A program made the position numbers and the translations under genes. Shown here in pieces: positions 31,402 through 32,000 of a stretch of 32,000 bases of DNA (position 1 is its first letter; every line of letters starts with the position of its first letter). The notes under the pieces were generated by a model. The model did not search any database. It saw nothing but the letters and a program-made list of their open reading frames with translations, and was not told the DNA's origin. Source of the stretch: Chamaesiphon minutus PCC 6605 (GTDB lineage: Bacteria; Cyanobacteriota; Cyanobacteriia; Cyanobacteriales; Chamaesiphonaceae); contig NC_019697.1 in the NCBI RefSeq assembly GCF_000317145.1, forward strand, positions 5,785,889 to 5,817,888. The letters run 5' to 3'.

Positions 31402-31869
31402 TTACCCTTCAACCTGCTCGAATGCCTTTTGCACCTCTGCGGTGACTTCCGCCGCTTCCTCATCATCGATATCCAATACCGATTGTAATTCTTTCAAAAA
31501 TACTAGTGCATTTGCCGGAATCTCGCCCGTATCCATATTCATCTTCGCCAACATCGCCGCCGCATAAGCATCCGGTACTAGATCGTCAGGAATCGCTTCA
31601 TCTGCGGCATTAAATAAAGCACCGAGTCCTTTGTCGGCAGCAATTGCGGTCAAACTATCGACCATCGATAAGAGATCCTCATCAGAATATTCCGCATATA
31701 AGTCAAAATCTGCCAGAATATCTAAAAATAAATCTGGTGCCACCAAGTCTTGCGGATTATCTGCTAAAGCAGCGATCAGCACAATCGATGCCAAGCCTTC
31801 AGCTTCATTTAATGGCTCATCGGTATACTCTTCAGCATTGAAGATACTATCGTATTTTGGCATGTTCAT
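31402..31869 (-). CDS. Acidic hypothetical protein, possibly TerB-like
   Basis: 155-aa ORF, strongly acidic. The layout LNEAEGLASIVLIAALAD...LGALFNAADEAIPDDL...FLKELQSVLDIDDEEAAEV resembles small cyanobacterial TerB-family proteins as I recall them. The functional call is weak; the coding call is reasonable. Confidence 0.5.
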   Translation of the reverse strand: MNMPKYDSIFNAEEYTDEPLNEAEGLASIVLIAALADNPQDLVAPDLFLDILADFDLYAEYSDEDLLSMVDSLTAIAADKGLGALFNAADEAIPDDLVPDAYAAAMLAKMNMDTGEIPANALVFLKELQSVLDIDDEEAAEVTAEVQKAFEQVEG

Positions 31870-31956
31870 ACTTTGTTCGATCGACTACCTCTGGCCTAGT
31901 CATACCAGATGCTGCGGGCAAATGGAAGCGATAGAGATGTTCTGTAACAAAAACTA

Positions 31957-31990
31957 GGCTTTTGGCTTTTGGCTTTTGGCTTTAGATTTA
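31957..31990. repeat. Tandem heptamer array (GGCTTTT, about 4 units)
   Basis: ggctttt ggctttt ggctttt ggcttta gattta, near the window end. Confidence 0.85.
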
Positions 31991-32000
31991 CGGTGTTAGG

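Overview
This window looks like a cyanobacterial chromosome segment. CGATCG/GCGATCGC (HIP1-type) palindromes are everywhere, STRR-like tandem heptamer arrays fill most intergenic spacers, and chlP, desC and ccmP are present. I support about 27 protein genes and found no rRNA, tRNA, CRISPR array, transposase or active integrase.

Left to right: chlP (partial), a VOC protein, a Dus tRNA-dihydrouridine synthase, a stand-alone macro-domain protein and an LRR lipoprotein. Next comes a tightly coupled three-gene unit: a YgiB-like DUF1190 protein, a YgiC-like glutathionylspermidine-synthase-family ATP-grasp and a ferritin-like di-iron protein. A 410-aa TetR fusion lies divergent from desC, followed by a second TetR, a YqiA-like esterase, a Spy/CpxP-like protein, thrS, a decayed toxin-like remnant and phoH. 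A third TetR is divergent from an SRPBCC gene, followed by ccmP with an adjacent pentapeptide-repeat gene and an exported hypothetical protein.

The right third (20.7-31.1 kb) is a Pix/Ptx (Tax1)-type chemosensory locus. Its order is PatA-type response regulator, CheY, CheW, a soluble four-GAF MCP, a hybrid CheA and a second CheW.

The most unusual points:
- The CheA linker carries seven tandem copies of an invariant EWLSLVD motif, encoded with synonymous codon variation.
- The MCP has atypical Cys-bearing cyanobacteriochrome-like GAF domains.
- The TetR fusion carries a degenerate tyrosine-recombinase-like C-terminal domain, and paired TGCAAGY-N3-ACTTGCA sites lie in front of desC.
- Heptamer arrays run exactly from stop codons to start codons, including an inverted pair between the MCP and CheA genes.

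All functional calls come from motif and family recognition by eye. No database search was run.
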